DNA of 64,000 nucleotides. Source: Pirellulales bacterium. Lineage in GTDB: Bacteria; Planctomycetota; Planctomycetia; Pirellulales; JADZDJ01. The notes beneath the pieces are model-generated. The model saw only the letters and a list, made by a program, of their open reading frames with translations, searched no databases and had not been told where the DNA came from. The stretch spans positions 843-64,842 of the forward strand of contig DATJYL010000185.1 of the NCBI GenBank assembly GCA_035499655.1. Reading direction: 5' to 3'. Below are positions 1-8,099 of the stretch, piece by piece. Position 1 is the first letter of the stretch; every line of letters begins with the position of its first letter. Both the position numbers and the translations under genes were made by a program.

Positions 1-2
1 CG

Positions 3-182
3 GCAGGAAAAGATGAAAACATTTTGCTGCGGCCGCCGCGAGAAATGACGCTGGAAAGCGCGCTGGAGTACATCGAAGAAGATGAATTGGTGGAAGTCAC
101 GCCAGATGCCATCCGGCTGCGCAAAACTGTGCTCTCCGAACACGGCCGCCGGAAATTAGCCCGGGCCGCGGCGGGGGTATAG
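3..182 (+). CDS. typA: 3' end (C-terminal ~59 aa) of translational GTPase TypA/BipA, partial at window edge
   Basis: Frame-3 translation ...[46 protein letters not shown] closely resembles the conserved BipA C-terminus ([27 protein letters not shown]). Stop at 180-182. Confidence 0.55.
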   Translation, partial: AGKDENILLRPPREMTLESALEYIEEDELVEVTPDAIRLRKTVLSEHGRRKLARAAAGV

Positions 183-191
183 CGTGTTGAA

Positions 192-430
192 TGAACCGCA
201 GAGACGCAGAGGCACGGAGAAGCAATTTATAAGGAAGGCAGGAAACCACGAAGACACGAAAGACAAATGAAAATATGCTGCTTTGAATTTTGATTGATCA
301 AACTCACAGGCTTGCCTGTGAATACAAAAGCAGAGGGAGATTAGCCCACTCTCGGATTCCTGGGTTCATTTCTTCCTGGTTTCCTTATCCTGTCCGTGTC
401 CTCTCTGCGTCTCTGCGCCTTTGCGGTTCA
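192..430. repeat. MITE-like intergenic element with ~28 bp imperfect terminal inverted repeats (TGAACCGCAGAGACGCAGAGGCACGGAG ... CTCTGCGTCTCTGCGCCTTTGCGGTTCA), copy 1
   Basis: Left TIR 192-219 and near reverse-complement at 401-430. The same TIR pair recurs at 5271-5412. Sits in the typA-apgM intergenic spacer. Confidence 0.6.
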
Positions 431-445
431 ATCTGCTTCTTGCGA

Positions 446-1660
446 CTATGCGCCGTATTTGCCCATGCGGCCGGCATTGGATAGGGCCAGCGGCATGAGA
501 TATTTGGCTTCGAATAGACCCAGGCCGCCTCGCAGGGCTTCGCTCTCGCCGAATTTTTGGCAGCCGTCGGTGCGGCACACGTCTGAAACCAGCACCGTCG
601 GAACCGGATGCCAACTGTGACTTTTCAGCTTGGCTGGCGTGCTGTGATCGCCCGTGACAATGAGCACCGTGGGTTTCAGCGCCGTGATGCAGGGCAGGGC
701 ATTATCGAGTTCTTCAATCCGCTTCACTTTTGCTGCGAAGTTGCCATCTTCGCCGGTGCTGTCGGTGTATTTGAAGTGCATGAAGAAGAAATCGTACTCG
801 GTCCAATACCGTTTGAGCACGTCGGTTTGCTCGCCGAGCGTTTGGGCGTTGCCGACAATGTCCATGCCCACCAGGCGAGCCAGGCCTTTATACATGGGAT
901 ACACCGCGATGGCGGCAGCTTTCAGCCCGTACACTTCTTCGTACGTGGGAAGCTTCGGTTTTTCGGCAAAGCCCCGCAGCGTGAGACCGTTGGCTTTGGT
1001 TTCACCAGCGAGAATTTTGCGTGCCTGCGAGATGAACTCTTTGGCCACCTGCGCCGTTTTTTCGCTGCCCGGTTTGGCGACGGGATCGAGCGGCGGCACG
1101 CCGGTGGCTTGGGGATCGGTATCTGCCACGTCGCCGCCCAGGCCCTGTCCGCGGAAAACGACGACAAAGCGATGTTCCTTCACCGGTCGCACAAATACTT
1201 CCACGCCGGGAATTTTGACGGCGCCCAGTTTGTCGGCCAGCGGTGCGCTTTCTTCGCTGGCGAAGCGGCCGGCCCGGCGGTCGCTGATTTTTCCGGCCGC
1301 ATCGAGCGTGCAATAATTGCCGCGCACCGCCACGTCGTGCGGGCCCAGCTCGAAACCAATACCCGTGGCTTCCAGCGCGCCGCGGCCAATGACGTACTTG
1401 AGCGGATCGTAACCGAACAGCGCCAAGTGGCCAGGGCCGCTGCCCGGCGCGATGCCCAGCTTCACCGGAATGCTGCCGCCGCAGACGCCGCGCTGGGCCA
1501 GCTCATCGAGATGCGGCGTCTTGGCCGCTTCCAGTTCCGTCGGCCCGCCCGGATCCATCGGTAAGCCGCCTAAACCATCGGCGACGAGGAGCACAATTTT
1601 GGAATCGTTTTTACAGTGCAGCGAGCGCGTCAGCTCGTGCATGTCGAAATCGGTGTTCAT
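446..1660 (-). CDS. apgM: 2,3-bisphosphoglycerate-independent phosphoglycerate mutase, archaeal-type (ApgM family)
   Basis: 404 aa. N-terminal LLVADGLGGLP and TGDHSTP motifs typical of the ApgM/cofactor-independent PGM family. Confidence 0.8.
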   Translation of the reverse strand: MNTDFDMHELTRSLHCKNDSKIVLLVADGLGGLPMDPGGPTELEAAKTPHLDELAQRGVCGGSIPVKLGIAPGSGPGHLALFGYDPLKYVIGRGALEATGIGFELGPHDVAVRGNYCTLDAAGKISDRRAGRFASEESAPLADKLGAVKIPGVEVFVRPVKEHRFVVVFRGQGLGGDVADTDPQATGVPPLDPVAKPGSEKTAQVAKEFISQARKILAGETKANGLTLRGFAEKPKLPTYEEVYGLKAAAIAVYPMYKGLARLVGMDIVGNAQTLGEQTDVLKRYWTEYDFFFMHFKYTDSTGEDGNFAAKVKRIEELDNALPCITALKPTVLIVTGDHSTPAKLKSHSWHPVPTVLVSDVCRTDGCQKFGESEALRGGLGLFEAKYLMPLALSNAGRMGKYGA

Positions 1661-1747
1661 CGCAAATCCAGCGCGCGGTGAAAAATCAGCTTAGACAACG
1701 CCGCTATTGGACACTGCGGGCAGCAATCGGGCAAGAGGCCGCGAATT

Positions 1748-3070
1748 TCATGCGTATTCGCGGATGCGGCGGCCGATGGCTTCGCCCAATGCTTCACGCA
1801 CGCTGTCGATGGTGATGCGGTCGAACACTTGCTGGAAGAAGCCGGCCACGACCATCCGCGTGGCTTCCTTACGAGTCAGACCCCGGCACTGTGCGTAAAA
1901 AATCATTTCGTCGTCCACCCGGCCGGTAGTGGAACCGTGCGTGCAGCGGACATCGTCGGCCTGAATTTCCAAGCCGGGAATGGAATCGGCCCGGGCATGG
2001 TCGGAAAGCATCAGGTTGTCGTTGCGCTGGTAGCCGTCAGTTTTTTGAGCGCCGTGGTCGACTTTGATCATCCCGCGCCATACCAGCCGCGATTGATCTT
2101 GCAGTGCGCCTTTGTACAACAAATCGCTTTTGCAATACGGGGCCTGATGATGCTGCAACGTGTGATACGACAAATGCTGCTTGCCTTCGGTGAACATGAC
2201 ACCGTTCACCTGGGCGTGGGCATCGGAACCGGCCAGCGCCACATGCTGATTGACTTTGGCCAGCCGCGCGCCCAGCGCGCCAATGGTCCATTGCAGTTGC
2301 CCGCCGGCTTCGACGATCGCTTTTTGATGGGCGAAATGCCACACGCCGGTGCCCCAATTTTGCAGATTCACGTAGCGGAGCTTCGCGCCGGGACCGACGA
2401 TCAGCTCGATCGCGCCGCAGTGGAGACCCGGATGCGCATCGCTAACATTTTCCGCTAATATGGTGGCTTCTGCGCCGTCTTCGAGAATGATTAAGGCATG
2501 CCCAAAATCCACGCCGCCACCAACGATTTCGGTAACCATGTGGAGAGGTTCATTTACAACCACGCCCTTTGGGACGATTACAAGTATTGCGCCGGACCAG
2601 CAAGCTGCATGAAGAGCCGTAAATTTGTCAGCTCGAAAATTAACAGCGTGAAATAAATATCTCTTGATAATGCCTTCGTATTTTGGGTCATGCACCAACG
2701 AGTCGAGGCTTCCAAACACTACGCCTCGGGCATCCCATTTCGGATTAAGACTTGAGAAATACAAGTGATTATTCGTAGTAATATGCTGACCACCAAGTGA
2801 CACACCATGGCTTAGCAGCCCTTGGTTCGGAACGTGACTTAAGGAGTCGAAATGTGGCAAGCCCGTCCGGTCGAGCCCAAAGTTTTCTAGCCGGAACAGG
2901 CGGATGTCGGTGCGCATCCATTCTTCGTCGGCTCGACTGGGAAGCGGTAAATCTTGAAATATCTGCCAAGCTGTGCGGCGGGCCTTGAGAAGCCAATCGG
3001 GTTCCTGGCGAGCGGCGAGAAATTCTTCAAAGGTTTCGCCGCTGAAACCTGTAGAGGAAATAGTACTCAT
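1748..3070 (-). CDS. sufD: Fe-S cluster assembly protein SufD
   Basis: 440 aa. Beta-helix SufBD-family sequence, lies downstream of sufC/sufB. The ATG overlaps the stop of the upstream small ORF (ATGA). Confidence 0.8.
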   Translation of the reverse strand: MSTISSTGFSGETFEEFLAARQEPDWLLKARRTAWQIFQDLPLPSRADEEWMRTDIRLFRLENFGLDRTGLPHFDSLSHVPNQGLLSHGVSLGGQHITTNNHLYFSSLNPKWDARGVVFGSLDSLVHDPKYEGIIKRYLFHAVNFRADKFTALHAACWSGAILVIVPKGVVVNEPLHMVTEIVGGGVDFGHALIILEDGAEATILAENVSDAHPGLHCGAIELIVGPGAKLRYVNLQNWGTGVWHFAHQKAIVEAGGQLQWTIGALGARLAKVNQHVALAGSDAHAQVNGVMFTEGKQHLSYHTLQHHQAPYCKSDLLYKGALQDQSRLVWRGMIKVDHGAQKTDGYQRNDNLMLSDHARADSIPGLEIQADDVRCTHGSTTGRVDDEMIFYAQCRGLTRKEATRMVVAGFFQQVFDRITIDSVREALGEAIGRRIREYA

Positions 3071-3246
3071 GCAGGACGGCGCCGCTTTCGTTGGATAACT
3101 TTGCCATTACGCTGGACTTGGCCTTTGCTATTAATCAGTCCACTGTCCAACAGCGATTTGAACTGCTCGCTACGTGGTTTCTGGTGCGCCTTTGCGACAA
3201 TGCGCTTGGATTTATCGATCAATTCTCTGTCAAGATTCGACGACAT
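3067..3246 (-). CDS. Small, highly basic protein (59 aa; MSSNLDRELIDKSKRIVAKAHQKPRSEQFKSLLDSGLINSKGQVQRNGKVIQRKRRRPA), missing from the ORF track (<60 aa). Candidate partner or antitoxin-like component of the low-GC insert
   Basis: Manual reverse-complement translation. The ATG sits 7 nt after the X stop with an AGGTGA Shine-Dalgarno-like sequence. Its TGA overlaps the sufD ATG (ATGA). Low-GC DNA. K/R-rich. Confidence 0.5.
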   Translation of the reverse strand: MSSNLDRELIDKSKRIVAKAHQKPRSEQFKSLLDSGLINSKGQVQRNGKVIQRKRRRPA

Positions 3247-3253
3247 AGGTCAC

Positions 3254-3745
3254 CTATATGTTATGGAAATCCCGCAGTTGAATACATGTTGGGTCGCGGA
3301 CTGCAATTTGAATATGGGTTTGGCGACGAATAAACGATCCAGGGAACACTGGTTCTCCTTCTTCAAACGGACAACGCACCGTTTGATACTCAATAACCTC
3401 GTCTCCTAAACCATTTTCCATCAAATTGAGGAACTGTTTTATAACCAGACAATCAAGGTCTCGTAGCTTGCCTCGATTTCTAGGCAACGGCAACGCCTGT
3501 TCTTGGAACAATTCTGCCAAACTTTCGTAAGTATCGCGCAATACATCCAGGTATTCAGTATCTGTTAAGTCGAAACATCTTCCAAGAGAGATGTCGGCTT
3601 CGATAATCATCGGATCCGCAATGTTGCGTAAAGGATCGACAGCAAATTCCCTCGCTCTTCGTAAACTACCTTCCCAAAAATATATGCCCGGCCCCAACCA
3701 GTCGTATTGATTTTCACTCGGAACCCAATCGTCGATTATAAGCAT
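3254..3745 (-). CDS. Hypothetical acidic protein (~163 aa) encoded on a low-GC insert. Weak motif resemblance to ART-fold DarT/DUF3990-like proteins (GIYFWEGS vs DarT PFYFAPRS; N-terminal GFHAC vs YHFTH)
   Basis: The ORF-track ORF 3254..4096 has a GC-rich nonsense N-terminal extension overlapping the sufB 3' end. The real start is likely ATG 3745, or GTG 3817 which lies 2 nt after the sufB stop. The region 3080-3800 is visibly AT-richer than its surroundings. Confidence 0.5.
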   Translation of the reverse strand: MLIIDDWVPSENQYDWLGPGIYFWEGSLRRAREFAVDPLRNIADPMIIEADISLGRCFDLTDTEYLDVLRDTYESLAELFQEQALPLPRNRGKLRDLDCLVIKQFLNLMENGLGDEVIEYQTVRCPFEEGEPVFPGSFIRRQTHIQIAVRDPTCIQLRDFHNI

Positions 3746-3819
3746 CCCATCGCGTAGCTCTTCGGCAAATGAACGTTCACAAGCATGAAAGCCAATGACG
3801 TTTTGCGCGATTGTCACAA

Positions 3820-5226
3820 TTACCCCACCGAGCCTTCCATTTGCAGCTCGATCAGGCGGTTCATTTCCACGGCGTATTCCATCGGCAGCTCTTTCACCAA
3901 CGGCTCGATGAAACCGGAGACGATCATCGTGCTGGCCTCGGCTTCTGACAGGCCGCGGCTTTGCAGGTAGAACAATTGCTCCTCGCTGATGCGGGACACG
4001 CTGGCCTCGTGGCCAAGCTGGACGTTTTGCTCGTCGACTTCGATATACGGATACGTGTCGCTGCGGCTTTTGGAGTCGAGAATCAGGGCGTCGCACACCA
4101 CGTTCGATTTGGCTCGTTTCGCGCCGCGCTCCACTTTGACCAGGCCGCGATAACTGGCGCGGCCGCCGTTTTTGGAAATGCTTTTGCTGATGATGCGTCC
4201 GGATGTGTCGGGAGCACAGTGAACCAACTTCGCGCCGGCATCTTGATGCTGGCCGTGCGAGGCGAAGGCGATCGACAAAATTTCACCCCGCGCGCCCGGC
4301 TCCATCATGTACACGGCCGGATATTTCATCGTCAGGCGGCTGCCCAGGTTGCCGTCGATCCATTCCATCAGCGCGCCTTCATAAGCTAGGGCCCGCTTGG
4401 TGACGAGGTTGTAAATGTTGTTGGCCCAATTTTGGATGGTGGTGTAACGGCAGCGGGCGTGCTTGTTCACCACAATTTCCACCACGGCCGAGTGCAGGCT
4501 CTCGGTGGTATACATGGGAGCGGTGCAGCCTTCCACATAATGCACTTGGGCCCCTTCGTCGACAATGATCAGCGTGCGTTCGAACTGGCCCATGCTTTCG
4601 GCGTTGATGCGGAAATAAGCTTGCAGCGGGAATTCGATTTTCACTCCCTTGGGCACGTAAATGAATGACCCACCCGACCACACCGCCGAATTGAGTGCGG
4701 CGAATTTGTTGTCCGCCGGCGGGATGATGGTGGCGAAATACTTGCGGACCAATTCGGGATGTTCGCGGACCGCCGAATCGGTATCGGTGAAAATCACGCC
4801 TTGCCGGGCCAGGTCTTCCTTGAGCGAACCGTAAATCACTTCGCTTTCAAACTGAGCTTTGACGCCGGCGAGATATTTTTTCTCGGCCTCGGGAATGCCC
4901 AGGCGGTCGAAGGTCTTTTTGATTTCCTCGGGAACTTCGTCCCAAGTTTTGCCCTGCTCGTTGGTGGGCTTCAGGTAGTAGTAGATGTCCTGGAAATCGA
5001 GACTGATGTTGCCGCCCCAGCGCGGCATGGGCTTGGAGTTGAAAATCTCCAGCGCATTCAGGCGGAACTGCCGCATCCAATCCGGCTCCCCCTTGATGTC
5101 GGAAATTTGATTGACGACGGCGGCATCCAGCCCCTTGCGGGCTTTGAACACGGCCTTGGACTCCGTACGGAAATCGTACTTGTTGATTTCAGCCGGAACG
5201 GAGGTATCAAGCACTTCAGTAGACAT
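3820..5226 (-). CDS. sufB: Fe-S cluster assembly protein SufB
   Basis: 468 aa. Strong SufB-family sequence (…[22 protein letters not shown]…). Confidence 0.9.
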   Translation of the reverse strand: MSTEVLDTSVPAEINKYDFRTESKAVFKARKGLDAAVVNQISDIKGEPDWMRQFRLNALEIFNSKPMPRWGGNISLDFQDIYYYLKPTNEQGKTWDEVPEEIKKTFDRLGIPEAEKKYLAGVKAQFESEVIYGSLKEDLARQGVIFTDTDSAVREHPELVRKYFATIIPPADNKFAALNSAVWSGGSFIYVPKGVKIEFPLQAYFRINAESMGQFERTLIIVDEGAQVHYVEGCTAPMYTTESLHSAVVEIVVNKHARCRYTTIQNWANNIYNLVTKRALAYEGALMEWIDGNLGSRLTMKYPAVYMMEPGARGEILSIAFASHGQHQDAGAKLVHCAPDTSGRIISKSISKNGGRASYRGLVKVERGAKRAKSNVVCDALILDSKSRSDTYPYIEVDEQNVQLGHEASVSRISEEQLFYLQSRGLSEAEASTMIVSGFIEPLVKELPMEYAVEMNRLIELQMEGSVG

Positions 5227-5270
5227 ATTTGGTTCTCCTTAAAAAGGAGACATGGGTTTTAAATATAAAT

Positions 5271-5412
5271 TGAACCGCAGAGACGCAGAGGCACGGAGCA
5301 ACAAAAATGGGAACGATAGCAATTGCCTTTTGCCACTTTGCCAATTTAATTCATTCGCATTCATTGTGGCCAAAGTTCTTTCTTCTCTGCGTCTCTGCGA
5401 CTCTGCGGTTAA
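5271..5412. repeat. MITE-like element, copy 2 (same TIRs as 192-430, shorter core)
   Basis: TGAACCGCAGAGACGCAGAGGCACGGAG at 5271-5298 and CTTCTCTGCGTCTCTGCGACTCTGCGGTTAA at 5383-5412. Lies in the sufC-sufB spacer. Confidence 0.6.
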
Positions 5413-5421
5413 ATGTTCCGT

Positions 5422-6285
5422 TCATGTAATTCCGGCCGGCTCCTTGGCGGTCATCGCTTTTTCTTCCGCGGCGGCGTCGGGGTAGGCTTGGCGGATGCGT
5501 TCGTAACCTTTCTTGTGTAATTCTGCTGCAAGTTCTGGGCCGCCCGTTTCCACAATCCGGCCGCCGAGCATCACATGAGTTTTCAGCGGTGTGTTGTGTT
5601 CCAGCAGTTGCTCGTGATGGGTGATAATTAAAATGCCCATAGCCGCGCCGCCGATTTCGGCGATGCTTTGGCTGGCCAGGCGGACAGCGTCGGCGTCAAG
5701 CCCGCTGTCGGTTTCGTCCAAAATGGCGAACTTGGGCTGCAACATAGCCAGTTGCAGGATTTCGGCCCGTTTCATTTCGCCGCCAGAAAAACCCTCGTTC
5801 ACATAGCGGCGGGCGAACTCGGCGTTGATTTTAAGTTGTTCCATCTTGGAGCGGAGTTCGGTGCGAAACTCCTTCATGGGAATCAGCTCTTCCCCTTCTT
5901 TGCGATCGGGCCGGCGCACATTGGTGGCGGCGTGACGCAAAAAGTCGGCCATTTTCACGCCGGGAATCGCCATCGGCCGCTGGAAGGCCAGGAAAATTCC
6001 GTGGCGGGCGCGTTCATTCGGCTCCATTGACAGGACGTCGTGAACTTTGCCTTCGGCGTCGATCAGTTCGACTTTGCCACTGGTTACTTCGTAACCGGGA
6101 TGACCGGCGATGGCGTAACCTAGCGTGCTTTTTCCGGAACCGTTAGGGCCCATCAGGGCGTGAACTTCGCCGCGGCGAATTTCCAAATTGACCCCTTTGA
6201 GAATCGGCTTACCGCCTACGGAGACGTGCAAATCGGTAATGCGGAGTGCTACGGGCATGGCGGTGGGTTTGGTGATGGCGACCAT
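5422..6285 (-). CDS. sufC: Fe-S cluster assembly ATPase SufC
   Basis: ABC ATPase Walker A GPNGSGKST, ABC signature LSGGE (…FSGGEMKR…) and SufC-like length. Confidence 0.9.
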   Translation of the reverse strand: MVAITKPTAMPVALRITDLHVSVGGKPILKGVNLEIRRGEVHALMGPNGSGKSTLGYAIAGHPGYEVTSGKVELIDAEGKVHDVLSMEPNERARHGIFLAFQRPMAIPGVKMADFLRHAATNVRRPDRKEGEELIPMKEFRTELRSKMEQLKINAEFARRYVNEGFSGGEMKRAEILQLAMLQPKFAILDETDSGLDADAVRLASQSIAEIGGAAMGILIITHHEQLLEHNTPLKTHVMLGGRIVETGGPELAAELHKKGYERIRQAYPDAAAEEKAMTAKEPAGIT

Positions 6286-6300
6286 AGTTTGTGGAAATGT

Positions 6301-6400
6301 CTAATGCCTAATGACGATTAAATGTCCAATGACCAAATCCCAATGACCAATGGGTGCGCTGCTGACTTGGTCATTCGTGCTTGGTCATTGGTCATTCCGG
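6301..6400. repeat. Palindromic cluster built from AATGACCAA / TTGGTCATT units in the nuoB-sufC spacer
   Basis: …tccaatgaccaaatcccaatgaccaatggg…gacttggtcattcgtgcttggtcattggtcattcc…. Multiple direct and inverted copies of a 9-mer. Confidence 0.5.
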
Positions 6401-7024
6401 CTAGCCTGTGATTTTTTGGTGATCGTAAACGGGCGGAAGATCTTCGGGAGCTTGCACGTAACCGCTGTGGTGCGGCACGGGCAATTCGTCTTCGCTTTTT
6501 TCGCCCAGGGCGGCAAAGCTCAATTCCGGTGAGGGTTTCCTTGTAAGTTTGTGTCCCTTGATTTTGTCTTGAATTCGCATCAGGCCTTCCAGCAGCGCTT
6601 CGGGCCGAGGCGGGCAACCGGGGACGTACACGTCGACCGGCACGACCAAGTCCACGCCTTTCACGACGTGGTAACCCCATTTGAAGTACGGTCCACCGCC
6701 GGTCGTGCACGCTCCCATGGCGATGACGAACTTCGGATCGGGCATCATGTTGTACAAGCGGCGCACACGGCTGGCCATTTTGTACGTGACCGTGCCGGCG
6801 ACAATCATCAAATCAGCCTGGCGAGGCGTGGCGCGGAAGGCGCCGGCGCCGAAACGGTCCATATCGAAGCGGCTGGCGCCGGTGGCCATCATTTCGATCG
6901 CGCAACAGGCCAGGCCGAACGTCAGCGGCCAAATGCTCGATTGGCGGGCCCAGTTGATGGCCTGCTCCACTGTAGTAGTGATGACGTTTTCTTCAAACCG
7001 ACCTTCGATCCAAGGTTGGGTCAT
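6401..7024 (-). CDS. nuoB: NuoB-family [4Fe-4S] protein (NADH-quinone oxidoreductase 20 kDa subunit homolog). Stand-alone inside the suf operon
   Basis: 207 aa. [21 protein letters not shown] and VPGCPPRPE cysteine motifs of the NuoB/Nqo6 family. No other nuo genes adjacent. Confidence 0.8.
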   Translation of the reverse strand: MTQPWIEGRFEENVITTTVEQAINWARQSSIWPLTFGLACCAIEMMATGASRFDMDRFGAGAFRATPRQADLMIVAGTVTYKMASRVRRLYNMMPDPKFVIAMGACTTGGGPYFKWGYHVVKGVDLVVPVDVYVPGCPPRPEALLEGLMRIQDKIKGHKLTRKPSPELSFAALGEKSEDELPVPHHSGYVQAPEDLPPVYDHQKITG

Positions 7025-7107
7025 AGTTGTTTCAATCCCTTGCTTGCTGGGAACAGGAAATCTATAAGCCCGTTACTATAACTATTCATCAATTCATTTG
7101 AAACCGG

Positions 7108-7743
7108 CTAATTCTTTTCAAAGCGGCAGCAGGTGGCGCCATCCAGGCGGCAATCGCTGAGCCGCACTTTTTCTCCAAGGAGTTCGGTAAATAACATTTT
7201 TTCGACGGCGCAAATGCCCCGGTCTTGCTCGGCCAATTCAGGGTACGGGCAAGCGTAGGCTGTGAGCACGGGTAGTGGATCTTTGCGATCGGCGGTTTGA
7301 CGATGCTCTACGACGAAGGGCAAATTGCGCTCCGCCATGAGATCAGACACATTTTGCATTCGTTCGGCAGTGTTTTGACCTTTCATGCGATCGCCATACA
7401 AACCGGCCATCTTTTTGGCGATCCGCTGCAATACGCCGCCGCGAACTTCCGGATTCTTGATCGAACGAACTTCCTGCCACAGTGCCAACGTTAAGTCGGC
7501 GAAATTGGAGGCGGTTTGTCGACGGCCCTTTTCGGTGAGCGAATAACGGTGACTGGGCCGGCCCCGAAGTGGCTTGGCGGTTTCTCGTTTAATGATTCCC
7601 TGATTCATCAAGCGGTTAAGCCGTTGCCGCACAGCCGTGGCCGTAACGTGCATGGCCGTGGTGAGATCGCCAATGCCCAGCGCGCCGTGCTGCTGGAGCA
7701 ACTCGATTAAGCCGGTGTCGGAGGTTTCAGTGTGCATGGCCAT
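7108..7743 (-). CDS. sufR: SufR-like transcriptional regulator (DeoR-type wHTH plus C-terminal Cys-rich Fe-S sensing region)
   Basis: 211 aa. N-terminal HTH (…DLTTAMHVTATAVRQRLNRLMNQGII…). C-terminal C-x12-C-x13-C-x2-CC pattern (CPYPELAEQDRGICAVEK…SDCRLDGATCC). First gene of the suf operon. Confidence 0.65.
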   Translation of the reverse strand: MAMHTETSDTGLIELLQQHGALGIGDLTTAMHVTATAVRQRLNRLMNQGIIKRETAKPLRGRPSHRYSLTEKGRRQTASNFADLTLALWQEVRSIKNPEVRGGVLQRIAKKMAGLYGDRMKGQNTAERMQNVSDLMAERNLPFVVEHRQTADRKDPLPVLTAYACPYPELAEQDRGICAVEKMLFTELLGEKVRLSDCRLDGATCCRFEKN

Positions 7744-7799
7744 CGATGCGACCTACGGAAATGCCGCCGGAATCTACTCAATTCTATCCGCTGGGTGAT

Positions 7800-7823
7800 T
7801 TTTGACAACTCATTATGTCAAAA
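7800..7823. promoter_or_regulatory. Candidate operator palindrome TTTGACA-N9-TGTCAAA upstream of sufR
   Basis: Near-perfect 7 bp inverted repeat about 60-80 bp upstream of the sufR ATG. A nested larger inverted repeat GGTGGGCCAATTTGAA…TTCAAATTGTCCCACC lies at ~7855-7945. Confidence 0.35.
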
Positions 7824-8099
7824 ATATATCCCGTCTGCAAACGCCTTGATTTTCCGGTGGTGGGCCAATTTGAACATAGCCCGACTGTGTCAGTCGGGAA
7901 AAGCGGCTGTCGGAATTTCAAATTGTCCCACCACCAATTTTCCGTCAAAGAATAACGCAGAAATGGCCCGTCAGCGAGGGAAAAGGGGCTCGGGACGAAG
8001 GAAGAGACATGCCCGAGTAGAATCCAGAAATTTGAGGAACCGCTGGGTTTGTTTTTAAGGCCAGCAGCTTCGATGGCCACGACGTGGCACGTGCCAAAC

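Noticed and set aside
608-1564. 318-aa plus-strand ORF (and 654..1316) antisense to apgM
   Set aside because: Lies entirely inside the well-supported apgM CDS on the opposite strand. Arg/Ala-rich translation typical of antisense high-GC DNA. No motifs.
3746-4096. N-terminal 117 aa of ORF-track ORF 3254..4096 ([14 protein letters not shown]…)
   Set aside because: Overlaps the 3' end of sufB in another frame and is GC-rich Arg/Pro nonsense. The real start of the low-GC gene is downstream (ATG 3745 or GTG 3817).
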